From contig CAWFBS010000008.1 of NCBI GenBank assembly GCA_963814115.1, positions 430,155-494,154 of the forward strand: 64,000 nt of DNA, given 5' to 3'. This document shows, in pieces, positions 1 to 8,947 of this stretch. The stretch is from an uncultured Chloroflexia bacterium (GTDB lineage: Bacteria > Chloroflexota > Limnocylindria > Limnocylindrales > CSP1-4). A program made the translations under genes and the position numbers. The notes beneath the pieces are model-generated. The model made no database searches. It was not told the DNA's origin and worked only from the letters and a program-made list of their open reading frames with translations. Position 1 is the first letter of the stretch; each line of letters starts with the position of its first letter.

Positions 1-2160
1 GACGTGCTGGGCGGGATCGGTCGGCGGGAGATCCGTGTCCATCGCGTGGAGACTCCGTCGGCGACCCCCATGGCCTCGTCCCTCCTGTTCGACTACGTCG
101 CCGCCTACATGTACGAGGGTGACGCGCCGCTGGCCGAGCGCAGGGCCCAGGCCCTCGCGCTCGACCGGGACCTCCTCCGCGAGCTGCTTGGCCAGGAGGA
201 GCTTCGCGAGCTCCTGGACCCGGCTGCGCTCGACGAGACGGAGGAGGGCCTGCAGGCACGGACCGACGAGCGGAAGGCGGGCTCGGTCGACCAGGTCGCC
301 GACCTCCTGCGTCGTCTCGGCGATCTTGGGGAGGACGAGGTGGCGGCTCGGACCCGGGGCGGCCCACCCGCCGCGCACGAATGGCTGGAGGCGCTCGCCG
401 GGGCCCGCCGCGCCATCGCCGTGCGGATCGCCGGCGTGCCGCGCTGGATCGCGGTGGAGGACGCCGGCCGTTACCGCGATGCCACGGGCGCCCAGCCGCC
501 CCCGGGGACGCCCGTCGCCTTCCTCGGGGCAACCCACGACGCGCTGGGGGGCCTGCTTGCGCGCTATGCCCGCACCCACGGTCCGTTCCTGGCGGCCGAG
601 CCGGCCCGTCGCTGGGGGCTGCCGGTGGGCATCGTGGACGAGGCGCTCGCCCGCCTGGGCGACGCCGGGACGATCCTCCTCGGCGAGTTCCGGCCTGGCG
701 GCGCCGAGCGCGAGTGGTGTGACCCGGGGGTGCTCCGAGTCCTCCGGCGCCGGTCGCTGGCACGCCTGCGGCGAGAGGTCGAGGCTGTCGACGCAACCGC
801 GTTCGCCCGGTTCCTGCCCGCCTGGCAGGGCGTCTCGCCCGTGCCTGCTCCCGGGACGGAGCATCCGGCGCTGCTCCGCGGCCAGGCCGCCCTGGAACGG
901 CTCGCCGAGGTCGTTGACCAGCTGGCGGGCGTCCCGATCCCGGCTTCGGTCCTGGAGCGGGATGTTCTCCCTGCGCGCGTCCCCGGCTACCAGCCGCGCC
1001 TGCTCGATGAGCTCGGCTCCCTCGGCGAGGTCGCCTGGATCGGCTGTGGGTCGCTCGGTCGTGACGACGGCCGGGTCGCGCTGTTCCGCCCCGGCAGAAG
1101 CGACGGACTTCGCGCGTTGCTGGCGACGTCCCGGGAGGTCACGGGAGACCAGGCCGCGGAGCCCCGTCGGGCCGCCATTCGCGAGCTCCTGGCGCGCCGC
1201 GGCGCCTCGTTCTACCGGGAGATCTTCGCCGCGGCGGGAGGCGGCACAGACCGCGAGGTGCTGGACGCCCTCTGGGACCTGGTCTGGGCAGGCGAAGTGA
1301 CGAACGACACGTTCGCGCCGCTCCGGGCGCTCCGCTGGAAGCGTCCCGGCGGCGATCGGCGCCCGCGGCCGGGACGGCTCGCCACGCTGGGACCGCCGGA
1401 GGCCGCCGGCCGCTGGTCGCGCGTGGAGGCAGGCGCGGAAGCCGGTGGGGGAGCCAGGCCCACAACCGCGCCGGTCGCCGATGGAGCCGCCGCATCCGGC
1501 GCGACGCGGCGGCTCCACGCGCTGGCGCTCGCCCTGCTGGACCGCCACGGCGTCCTGACCCGCGAGGCGGTGCTTGCCGAGGGCATCGAGGGTGGCTTCG
1601 CGGCGATCTACCCGGTCCTGCGGGCGCTCGAGGAAGCCGGTCGGATCCGCCGTGGCTACTTCGTCGATGGGCTGGGTGCGGCCCAGTTCGCGCTGGCCGG
1701 GGCGATCGACCGCCTCCGCGGGGTCCGCGACCCGGAGGCTGCCGCGTCGCGCGTCGACCTGCTGGCGGCAGCCGATCCCGCTCAGCCCTACGGCGCCGCG
1801 CTGGCGTGGCCCCGCCGTGCCGCATCGGATCGCCGTCCGGTCCAACGGGCGGCGGGCGCGTACGTGGCGCTGGTGGGCGGGGCGCCCGTCGTCTACCTCG
1901 AGCGCGGCGGTCGCGGCCTCGTGACGTTCCCCGCGGCCGACGACCCCGACCTCCTCGCCGCGGCGCTCGCCGCGCTCCGGATGCTCGTGGTGGACGGCCG
2001 CCTGCGAGAGCTCGTCGTGAGCCGCGTGGATGGCGACCCGGTCGGCCCCGCCAGCCCGTGGGCCGAGCGCCTGGCCGTGGGCGGCTTCTCGGCCGGCTAC
2101 CGCGGGATGGTGCTCCGCGTGCCGGGCGCGGGCCGGGCGGACGCACGTGCCCGAGGGTGA
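1..2160 (+). CDS. lhr: ATP-dependent helicase Lhr, C-terminal ~718 aa (5'-truncated by window edge)
   Basis: Long ORF in frame from the window start with no start codon, about 718 aa. Ala/Arg-rich C-terminal domain architecture like the Lhr-CTD. Immediately followed by an Fpg/Nei glycosylase gene with a start/stop overlap, the same synteny as mycobacterial lhr-nei2. Confidence 0.6.
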   Translation, partial: DVLGGIGRREIRVHRVETPSATPMASSLLFDYVAAYMYEGDAPLAERRAQALALDRDLLRELLGQEELRELLDPAALDETEEGLQARTDERKAGSVDQVADLLRRLGDLGEDEVAARTRGGPPAAHEWLEALAGARRAIAVRIAGVPRWIAVEDAGRYRDATGAQPPPGTPVAFLGATHDALGGLLARYARTHGPFLAAEPARRWGLPVGIVDEALARLGDAGTILLGEFRPGGAEREWCDPGVLRVLRRRSLARLRREVEAVDATAFARFLPAWQGVSPVPAPGTEHPALLRGQAALERLAEVVDQLAGVPIPASVLERDVLPARVPGYQPRLLDELGSLGEVAWIGCGSLGRDDGRVALFRPGRSDGLRALLATSREVTGDQAAEPRRAAIRELLARRGASFYREIFAAAGGGTDREVLDALWDLVWAGEVTNDTFAPLRALRWKRPGGDRRPRPGRLATLGPPEAAGRWSRVEAGAEAGGGARPTTAPVADGAAASGATRRLHALALALLDRHGVLTREAVLAEGIEGGFAAIYPVLRALEEAGRIRRGYFVDGLGAAQFALAGAIDRLRGVRDPEAAASRVDLLAAADPAQPYGAALAWPRRAASDRRPVQRAAGAYVALVGGAPVVYLERGGRGLVTFPAADDPDLLAAALAALRMLVVDGRLRELVVSRVDGDPVGPASPWAERLAVGGFSAGYRGMVLRVPGAGRADARARG

Positions 2161-3154
2161 CACCCTCTTCCGGACTGCTGCCGGGTTACGCCCATACCTG
2201 GCCGGGCGCACGCTGCTCGCCGCCCGGGCCCGCGTCCCTGGTCCGCGCGTGGACCGCGTGGTCGGCTCGGAGATCCTGGCCGTCGAGGCGCACGGCAAGA
2301 ACCTGCTGATCCGCTTCGCCAACGGGCTGGAACTGCGGACGCACCTCCGCATGACCGGCACCTGGCATCGCTACGCGCCCGGGGAGCGGTGGCGCCGCCC
2401 GCCGGGCCGGGCGGCGCTGGTCCTCGAGGTCGCCGGTGCAGTTGCCGTCTGCTTCGACGCCCCCGTGGTCGAGCTCCTGGAAAGCAGGACGGCCGCGCTC
2501 CATCCGCCGCTCGGCGGACTCGGCCCGGACCTGTGCGCAGACGAATTCGATCCCGCCGAGGCAGTTCGACGTTTGCGTGACCCGTCGCGAGCCGGCCTGA
2601 CCATCGCGGAAGCCCTCCTGGACCAGCGTGCCATGGCCGGGGTCGGGAACGTGTACAAGAACGAGGTGCTGTTCATCGAGCGCGTCGACCCGTTCGCACC
2701 GGTCACGACGCTCGATGACGGGACCCTCGCGGGGCTGGTCGCCCGGTCCCGCGCGCTGCTGCGCGCCAACCGGTCGGCGCAGGTCCGGGTTACCACCGGG
2801 CCAGAGGGGGGCGGCCGGGACCGGACCCCGGCGGGAGGACCGGCAGGTGCCGGGCTGTGGGTCTACGGTCGAGCCGGGCGGCCCTGTCGGCGCTGCGGGA
2901 CGCCGATCTCCGCGCGACGACATGGGGCCCTCCCCCGGACGACGGTCTGGTGCCCGCGCTGCCAGGCCCAACGGCAGCCGTGCCAGTCGCCGGGGGGCGA
3001 ACCCGGTCAGGGCGAACCGGGTAGGGCCATTGACGCGGCGCCGCACGAACTGGATGCTTGCGGCTCCGGGGGGCGAAGGGAGGCCCGCGATGGCCGGCGG
3101 GGCGGGCGCGCATGGACGCGACGAGCCGGGCTCGCCGATCGAGGCGCCGGCTGA
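2147..3154 (+). CDS. nei: Fpg/Nei family DNA glycosylase (endonuclease VIII-like, Nei2-type)
   Basis: GTG start giving V-P-E-G-D-T-L, the catalytic N-terminal Pro-Glu motif of the Fpg/Nei family. H2TH region and C-terminal CxxC...CxxC zinc finger (CRRCGTPI...CPRCQ). The start overlaps the lhr stop. There is a long Arg/Gly-rich tail after the zinc finger. Confidence 0.75.
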   Translation: MPEGDTLFRTAAGLRPYLAGRTLLAARARVPGPRVDRVVGSEILAVEAHGKNLLIRFANGLELRTHLRMTGTWHRYAPGERWRRPPGRAALVLEVAGAVAVCFDAPVVELLESRTAALHPPLGGLGPDLCADEFDPAEAVRRLRDPSRAGLTIAEALLDQRAMAGVGNVYKNEVLFIERVDPFAPVTTLDDGTLAGLVARSRALLRANRSAQVRVTTGPEGGGRDRTPAGGPAGAGLWVYGRAGRPCRRCGTPISARRHGALPRTTVWCPRCQAQRQPCQSPGGEPGQGEPGRAIDAAPHELDACGSGGRREARDGRRGGRAWTRRAGLADRGAG

Positions 3155-4448
3155 CGACGTCGCGAGGTTCGAGCCGGGCAGCAGCGCAGGTGCCCCGACC
3201 CGTCTTCTGACGGTCGCCCAGCTGCTCCAGCTGGCCGTCTACTGGTACGGCCTCGTATCCGTCATGAACGGCGTCACGATCCTGATCCAGGAGCGAATGC
3301 CGTCGCTCGTCCCCGTCTCCGAGGTCGGCCTCATGACCGGCCTGGCCCAGGTCGCCGGCGTCGTGATCGCGGTCGCGGTGCAGCCGACGATCGGGTCCAT
3401 CAGCGACTACACGATCTCGCGCTGGGGGCGGCGCAAGCCGTACATCATCCTGGGCACCAGCCTCGACATCATCTTCGTCGTCGGGATCGCCACATCGGGG
3501 ACATTGCTGGCCCTGGCCGCGTTCCTCGCCCTCCTCCAGCTCAGCTCGAACTTCGCCCAGGGCCCGTTCCAGGGATACCTGCCCGACCTCGTGCCGCCTT
3601 CCCAGGTGGGCTTCGCGAGCGCGCTCGTTGGCGTCATGCAGATTCTCGGCACGGTGGGCGGGATCCTCACGATCACGGTCGGCCGGGAGCTCGCCGGCAA
3701 CTACGTGGCCCCCACGATCGCGCTCGGACTGGTCGAGTTCCTGACCATGGTCGTGCTGGTCTACCGCCTCGACGAGGGCCGCCGGGCGAAGCCGCGAGGT
3801 GGTCGTTCCTGGCGGGGCATCGCGGCCGAGGCCTGGGGAACGGACATCCTTGCGGATCGAAGCTTCGTGTTCCTGGTCGCGTCCCGGTTCTTCATCATGG
3901 GAGGGACGGCATTCCTGCTCGCCATCGCGGTCCGCTACTTCGAGCGATCGCAGTCCCTGGACCTCGCCGACCGGACCCTCTGGATCAACCTGATGACGGT
4001 CGCCGTGGCCCTCACGACCGTCGCCGCCACGCTGCCGTCAGCACGAATCTCGGACCGCATCGGCCGCAAGCCGGTCATCTATGCCGCGTGCGCGACAGGC
4101 GCGTTGGGGATGGCGATCATCGCGATCGCTCCGACGCCGCTGCTTTCGCTGCCCGGGGCAATCCTGGTTGGTGCCGGGGCCGGCACCTTCCTCGCGGTCG
4201 ATTGGGCGCTCATCACGGACCTCGTACCGAAGGCGTCGGCGGGCCGCTACATGGGGATCAGCAACGTGGCCACGGCCACCAACGGCCTCGTGGCCGGAAT
4301 CGTGGGCGGGATCTTCGTGGATGTCTTCTACGGCCTGGGGAACCCCGGCGCCGGTCCCCGCGCCGCCTACCTCTTCTCCATCCTCGTCTTCGGGATCGGC
4401 GCGCTGCTGCTCCGCAGGGTCGTGGAGCCGCGGGAGCGCGCTGCCTAG
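3090..4448 (+). CDS. MFS transporter
   Basis: About 12 predicted TM helices, with MFS-like loop motifs (DRIGRKP, ISDYTISRWGRRKP). ATG at 3090 in frame 3. The upstream part of the 606-aa ORF is an out-of-frame overlap with nei. Confidence 0.8.
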   Translation: MAGGAGAHGRDEPGSPIEAPADDVARFEPGSSAGAPTRLLTVAQLLQLAVYWYGLVSVMNGVTILIQERMPSLVPVSEVGLMTGLAQVAGVVIAVAVQPTIGSISDYTISRWGRRKPYIILGTSLDIIFVVGIATSGTLLALAAFLALLQLSSNFAQGPFQGYLPDLVPPSQVGFASALVGVMQILGTVGGILTITVGRELAGNYVAPTIALGLVEFLTMVVLVYRLDEGRRAKPRGGRSWRGIAAEAWGTDILADRSFVFLVASRFFIMGGTAFLLAIAVRYFERSQSLDLADRTLWINLMTVAVALTTVAATLPSARISDRIGRKPVIYAACATGALGMAIIAIAPTPLLSLPGAILVGAGAGTFLAVDWALITDLVPKASAGRYMGISNVATATNGLVAGIVGGIFVDVFYGLGNPGAGPRAAYLFSILVFGIGALLLRRVVEPRERAA

Positions 4449-5386
4449 GGCCGCCTGTCGGCCGGAGGAGCAGCGGAGGGCGAGAGGCCAAATGCGTCCC
4501 GCACCCGCTCCACGACCGTCTCCGGCCGGCGGATGAGCGCGAGCCCGTCCCGGGCCCAGGCCCGCCACGTCGCCGGCCGCAGGAACCACACCGGGTCCTG
4601 CCGCAGCCAGATGGTGGGAACGAGCGCCCACAGGTAGACGAGGTAGTCAAGCCTGGCCGGCCGGGGTATGGCGAACAGGACGGAGAGCTGGACGACCGTC
4701 AGGGGGAGCGTCGCGAGCGTCAGCAGGCCGGCAATCGCCAGGAAGAGCACGCCGTGCAGGCGCGCCCGCGGGGCGAGGATCCCGAGGAACACGGCCGGGA
4801 CCCACTTGATAGCGGTCGCCAGCGCCCAGAAGAGGCCCGCCGTCCGTGGACCAGTGAAGTGGGCTCCCCACAGCACGAGGACGAGGATCAGGTTGACGTT
4901 GCCGGTGTCGAGGTTCGCGAAGACCGGGAAGGCCAGCACGACCGCCACGGCCGCCGTCGCGAGCGGGCGGCGGCGGTACGCCCAGGCGACGGTCCAGAGG
5001 AGGAGCAGGATCGTCCCTCCCCGCCAGACGAACCAGGCGACGTCCCACGGCAGCAACGCCCACGGGGTGAATGCCGGGAGCAGCCATGGCGCATAGACGT
5101 ACGGCATGAACGGGCTTGCCGGATGGTACGGATCTCCGCCGTTGATCCAGATCCGGACGGCGGCCCAGTAGGCGCGGGCATCCACGCCCCCCAGCTCGCC
5201 CCGTGCGAACATCCCCGCCAGGCCGATACCCCCGGCGAGGGCAAGCAGGAAGATCGCCAGCAGTCGGCGTCGATCGTGGAGCCGGGAAACCTGGCGTCGA
5301 ATGGATCGCCGGTAGACGTTGCCCCGTCGCCGGGTCGGGCCGTCAACCAGCCCGGCCACGAGATCCCCCGCCCGTGCGGATGCCAT
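4445..5386 (-). CDS. Polytopic membrane protein, DUF2029 / GT87-like (putative mannosyltransferase family)
   Basis: Multi-TM Trp/Leu-rich protein with DUF2029-like motifs (GGDPY, FxYxPW, NLDTGNVNL). ATG at 5386; the upstream Arg-rich part of the ORF was rejected. Confidence 0.5.
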   Translation of the reverse strand: MASARAGDLVAGLVDGPTRRRGNVYRRSIRRQVSRLHDRRRLLAIFLLALAGGIGLAGMFARGELGGVDARAYWAAVRIWINGGDPYHPASPFMPYVYAPWLLPAFTPWALLPWDVAWFVWRGGTILLLLWTVAWAYRRRPLATAAVAVVLAFPVFANLDTGNVNLILVLVLWGAHFTGPRTAGLFWALATAIKWVPAVFLGILAPRARLHGVLFLAIAGLLTLATLPLTVVQLSVLFAIPRPARLDYLVYLWALVPTIWLRQDPVWFLRPATWRAWARDGLALIRRPETVVERVRDAFGLSPSAAPPADRRP

Positions 5387-5508
5387 GCGGGGGAGTATCG
5401 CATCGCGCCGAAACCCCGGCGCCGCCCACCGCTCCGAGGCCAAGGCTGGACCACCCTCGGGGGAAGCGGACGAAGGCCCGGCCCGTGGCTCCGATCTAGA
5501 CTGTCGCG

Positions 5509-6738
5509 GTGCCGACGGAACTGGCCGCGCTTCTCCCTGACCGCGACCTCGCCGCCCTGCGCGCGAGGATTGCCGCATCGCAGCCGAATTTGCTCACCGA
5601 CCTCGAGCGCCTCGTCAACCTGGACTCCGGCAGCTACACGCGCGACGGGGTGAACGAGGTCGCCGGCTGGGCGGCCGATCGCCTTGCCCGGCTGGGTGGC
5701 AAGGTGACCCGGCATGCCGACCCGGCCGGCCGGCTCGGCGATACGGTCGAGGCCGTCTTCGTGGGCGAACGGGGCGGTCCACGCGCCCTGTTGATCGGGC
5801 ATACGGACACCGTCTTCCCCGTCGGGACGGCCGCTGAGCGCCCGTTCCGGTTGGCGGGCGGCGTCGCGACCGGGCCCGGGGTGACCGACATGAAGGCCGG
5901 GCTGGTCACCCTGGTCTACGGGCTCGAGGCGGTGCTGGCCGCGGGCGGGCTCCCCTTCGAGCAGCTTACGGTCATCGCGAACCCGGACGAGGAGATCGGC
6001 TCTCCGGTCTCGACGGCCCACGTTCGGCGCGTCGCGGCCGACTGTGACGTGGCGTTCGTGCTCGAATGCGCTCGCGCGAATGGCGACATCGTCTCGGCGC
6101 GCAAGGGGACAGTGGACTACCAGGTGACGATCACGGGTCGCGCGTCTCACGCGGGAGTGGAGCCGGAGAAGGGGCGCAGCGCGATCCTCGAGGCGGCGCA
6201 CCAAGTGGTGGGCCTGCACGGGCTGACCGGTCGCTGGCCGGGCGTGACCTGCAACGTCGGTGTGATCTCGGGCGGGACGCGCCCCAACGTGGTGGCCGAC
6301 CAGGCCGTCCTCGAGGTCGACCTGCGGGCGGAGGACGGGGAGGCCATGGAGGCCGCCACCGCCGCGGTGCGCGAGCTCGCCGCCGCCCCGACGGTTCCGG
6401 GAGTCGTGGTCTCGGCCGTGGAGCGCCACCGGCACCCGCCGATGGAGAAGCTTGCGCGGTCCGCCCGGCTCGTGGAGCACGTCCTGGCGATTGCCGACCG
6501 GCTGGGCTTCGCCGTGCACGACGCCATGACCGGGGGTGCGTCGGACGCCAACACGACCGCCGCGATGGGGGTGCCGACGCTCGACGGCCTGGGCCCGATC
6601 GGCGGGCTGGACCACTCGCCCGACGAGTGGCTCGACGTGACGAGTATCGTCCCACGCACGACGCTCTTCGCGGCGCTGCTCGTCGCGGTCGGAAGGGACC
6701 GGCTGATCGCGGGCTGGCGGGTCGGCCCGATCCCCTGA
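5509..6738 (+). CDS. M20 family metallopeptidase (carboxypeptidase G2-like)
   Basis: GHTDTV...D(M)K metal-binding motifs and M20 dimerisation-domain signatures. 409 aa with a GTG start. Confidence 0.8.
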   Translation: MPTELAALLPDRDLAALRARIAASQPNLLTDLERLVNLDSGSYTRDGVNEVAGWAADRLARLGGKVTRHADPAGRLGDTVEAVFVGERGGPRALLIGHTDTVFPVGTAAERPFRLAGGVATGPGVTDMKAGLVTLVYGLEAVLAAGGLPFEQLTVIANPDEEIGSPVSTAHVRRVAADCDVAFVLECARANGDIVSARKGTVDYQVTITGRASHAGVEPEKGRSAILEAAHQVVGLHGLTGRWPGVTCNVGVISGGTRPNVVADQAVLEVDLRAEDGEAMEAATAAVRELAAAPTVPGVVVSAVERHRHPPMEKLARSARLVEHVLAIADRLGFAVHDAMTGGASDANTTAAMGVPTLDGLGPIGGLDHSPDEWLDVTSIVPRTTLFAALLVAVGRDRLIAGWRVGPIP

Positions 6739-6835
6739 CCGGCCCCGACGACCGGCGCGTCAGCCACGACTGGCGTGTCACCGACTGACGGACGGACGCC
6801 GCGGTCGCCGCGCGGAGACGACGGCCCCGGCGACC

Positions 6836-7168
6836 CTAACCCGCCCCAAGCGCCCGGACCGCGGCGGTCAGGACAACCGCGACGAGCAGACCCACGAAGA
6901 GGTTCCGGCGCCAGGCGACCAATGCGACACAGGCCACCACCGCGAGGACATCGATCCCGACGTGGATCGAGGGGCGGCCGCCCGCGCCTGTGACGAGCAG
7001 CGTCTGCGAGGCGGCGATCGCTCCGAGGACGGCCGGGCCCACCAACCGGAGATACTCGAGGGCGCGCGCCGGCAGCCGCTCGAACGCCGGCGCCAGCAAT
7101 GGCACAGCACGTGCCGGGTACGTGACCGCAGCCATGAGCAGTGCCAGGAGGACCAGCCCGCCGGTCAT
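6836..7168 (-). CDS. azlD: Branched-chain amino acid transporter AzlD
   Basis: 111-aa protein with 3-4 TM helices, immediately downstream of azlC. ATG at 7168. Confidence 0.7.
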   Translation of the reverse strand: MTGGLVLLALLMAAVTYPARAVPLLAPAFERLPARALEYLRLVGPAVLGAIAASQTLLVTGAGGRPSIHVGIDVLAVVACVALVAWRRNLFVGLLVAVVLTAAVRALGAG

Positions 7169-7178
7169 GCTGGTCCTG

Positions 7179-7910
7179 TCACGGCGCGATCCCGTCGTCG
7201 GACCTGCCGGGCCGGCTGAACGCGCCCGGCTCCGCCGGAAGCTCGTCCGGCTCCGGCACGTCCGGGTCGCGGCGCGGAACCAGCAGGCCGACGAACGGGC
7301 CGACGATCCCGCCCGCCAGGACGCCCGCTCGTGGGTCGAGCACCAGCCCGACGGCGAGGGCGATGCCGACCCCGGCGACGCCTGCCGCCACCTCCCGCCT
7401 GCCCGTGGCCAGTCCGACCGCGAGCCCGGCCATTGCGGCGGGGAAGACGACGTCCAGCCCGAGGATGCGCGGATCGGGAACCATCTGGCCGCCCAGCACG
7501 CCGACCAGCGTGGCGAGGTTCCACGGGATGAAGACGCCGCCGATCGCCGCCAGCCAGTATCCACGCCGGTCGGCGAAGCCGAGCCGCCGGAAGTGGACCA
7601 GGCTGAGCGCAAAGGCCTCGTCAGTCAGGACGTACGCCATGAGCGCCCGCTCGCGCCTCGGGCGGCCGCGCAGCCACGGGCTCAGGGCGGCGGCGTACAG
7701 GATGTGCCGGGCGTTCACGAGCGCCGTCAGGACCACGATCGCCGGCCAGCCGTAGCCGGCCCCGACCATTCCTGCGGCGGCGAACTGCGCCGCGCCCGCG
7801 AAGACGACCACGGAGAACACCACGGCTTCTAGCGGGGAGAAGCCGTTCGCCCGCGCGGTCAGTCCAAAGACCATGCCGAACCCGGCCGCGGAGGCGACGA
7901 TCCCGAGCAT
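7179..7910 (-). CDS. azlC: Branched-chain amino acid transporter permease AzlC
   Basis: About 243-aa polytopic membrane protein of AzlC family appearance. ATG at 7910, with an alternative upstream GTG possible. Followed by azlD. Confidence 0.7.
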   Translation of the reverse strand: MLGIVASAAGFGMVFGLTARANGFSPLEAVVFSVVVFAGAAQFAAAGMVGAGYGWPAIVVLTALVNARHILYAAALSPWLRGRPRRERALMAYVLTDEAFALSLVHFRRLGFADRRGYWLAAIGGVFIPWNLATLVGVLGGQMVPDPRILGLDVVFPAAMAGLAVGLATGRREVAAGVAGVGIALAVGLVLDPRAGVLAGGIVGPFVGLLVPRRDPDVPEPDELPAEPGAFSRPGRSDDGIAP

Positions 7911-8013
7911 GTCGACGACCAGGCGCCGCCGCGCGGCGCGGAGCACGACCGGGCCCGGATGGTCGCTCGGAACGGCGGTCACCGTCGTGGTGGTCGAGTT
8001 CGGTCGAAGCTGC

Positions 8014-8277
8014 TCAGCGGAGGGCGGTCTTCCCACAGCGGTCGCAGACCACGTAGACCGCGTGCCGATCCAGAGCATAGCCGGCAACGTGGAGCGTCCC
8101 GCCACAGCCGCCGTGGTGGTAGGTCCACCAGGTGTCCCCCTCGTCGAGAGGCACGGCCTCGTTCGAGATCGTCGCATCGAGGCCGGCGTGGGCTGCGACC
8201 GCCGCCGCAACAGCGGCCCCGCGCTCCGCCTCGGTCTCGCTCGAGTACGGGTAGGACTGGGAGATGTTCGAGGTCAC
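8014..8277 (-). CDS. Small hypothetical protein with a Cys/His cluster (putative zinc-ribbon)
   Basis: 87 codons. GTG start preceded by a strong SD (GGGAGGA, 5-6 nt upstream). HHGGCGG...CDRCGK motif. Lies upstream of azlCD on the same strand. Confidence 0.45.
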   Translation of the reverse strand: MTSNISQSYPYSSETEAERGAAVAAAVAAHAGLDATISNEAVPLDEGDTWWTYHHGGCGGTLHVAGYALDRHAVYVVCDRCGKTALR

Positions 8278-8399
8278 CTGGTCCTCCCTGGGTTGCGCCG
8301 CCGCCGGTCGTATTCGAATGGCTCGTCAGCCGCGAGTATCGCACGCGTGATGGGCCGGGCGGCGTGGCCGCCGCCCGCGAGGTGCCGGGCCGCCGCACG

Positions 8400-8942
8400 T
8401 CAGGCCGGCGGTTCTCCGAGAGCCGTCCGCCACCCGGCCTCCAGCACGTCGACCACGTCGGCGGCCAGGTGTCGGCGGAGCGTGGCGGCACAGGCAACGT
8501 TCCAGCACGCCACGATCGCGAGGCGCGGATCCCACGGTGCGACGGCGCGGTCGATCAACCGGATCGCCGCGTCAGAGCTGGAGCGTCCGCTTGAGGCGGG
8601 GAGAAATAGGCGCGCGATGTCGCCGAGGACACCTTCCTGCTGGGGGTCCCGCCGGCTCGCCGTGATTGCGTCGGCGTCGAGTCCGGTCATCGCGCGGGCG
8701 ATGGCGACAACCACCTCGGTGAACAGGTCCTCGAGCTCGGAACGTTCCCTCTTCGACAGCCGCAGCTCCGCGTACCAGGCGAACCAGAAGCCCCGGTCGA
8801 TTCGCCCCTGGTATGTCTTCTCGTCGCGCCGCGCGCGCACGGCCGCATCCAGCGCGTGCAGTTCCGAGACGGTCAGCGCGCCCAACCGGTCGAGCAACGC
8901 CGCGCGCCGACCCGGGGGGAGAAGCTCGGCGTGCTCGGGCAC
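8400..8942 (-). CDS. Hypothetical protein (~180 aa)
   Basis: C-terminal 180 aa of the 510-aa ORF have normal amino-acid composition (FWFAWYAELRLSKRERSELEDLF...). The upstream part of that ORF overlaps ggt out of frame and is low-complexity. GTG start at 8942, just downstream of the ggt stop. Confidence 0.4.
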   Translation of the reverse strand: MPEHAELLPPGRRAALLDRLGALTVSELHALDAAVRARRDEKTYQGRIDRGFWFAWYAELRLSKRERSELEDLFTEVVVAIARAMTGLDADAITASRRDPQQEGVLGDIARLFLPASSGRSSSDAAIRLIDRAVAPWDPRLAIVACWNVACAATLRRHLAADVVDVLEAGWRTALGEPPA

Positions 8943-8947
8943 GTGGC

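Noticed and set aside
1139-2146. 335-aa minus-strand ORF antisense to lhr, Arg/Pro/Gly-rich
   Set aside because: Shadow ORF typical of >70% GC DNA. Extreme low-complexity composition, and it overlaps a confidently identified gene on the other strand.
2628-3089. N-terminal 154 aa of the 606-aa ORF upstream of the MFS transporter start
   Set aside because: Overlaps nei out of frame and is Arg/Gly/Ser-rich. The MFS domain begins at the internal ATG (3090).
4888-6615. 575-aa minus-strand ORF overlapping the M20 peptidase and the GT87-like gene
   Set aside because: Antisense to a well-supported M20 peptidase. Low-complexity R/G/P-rich translation with no recognisable motifs.
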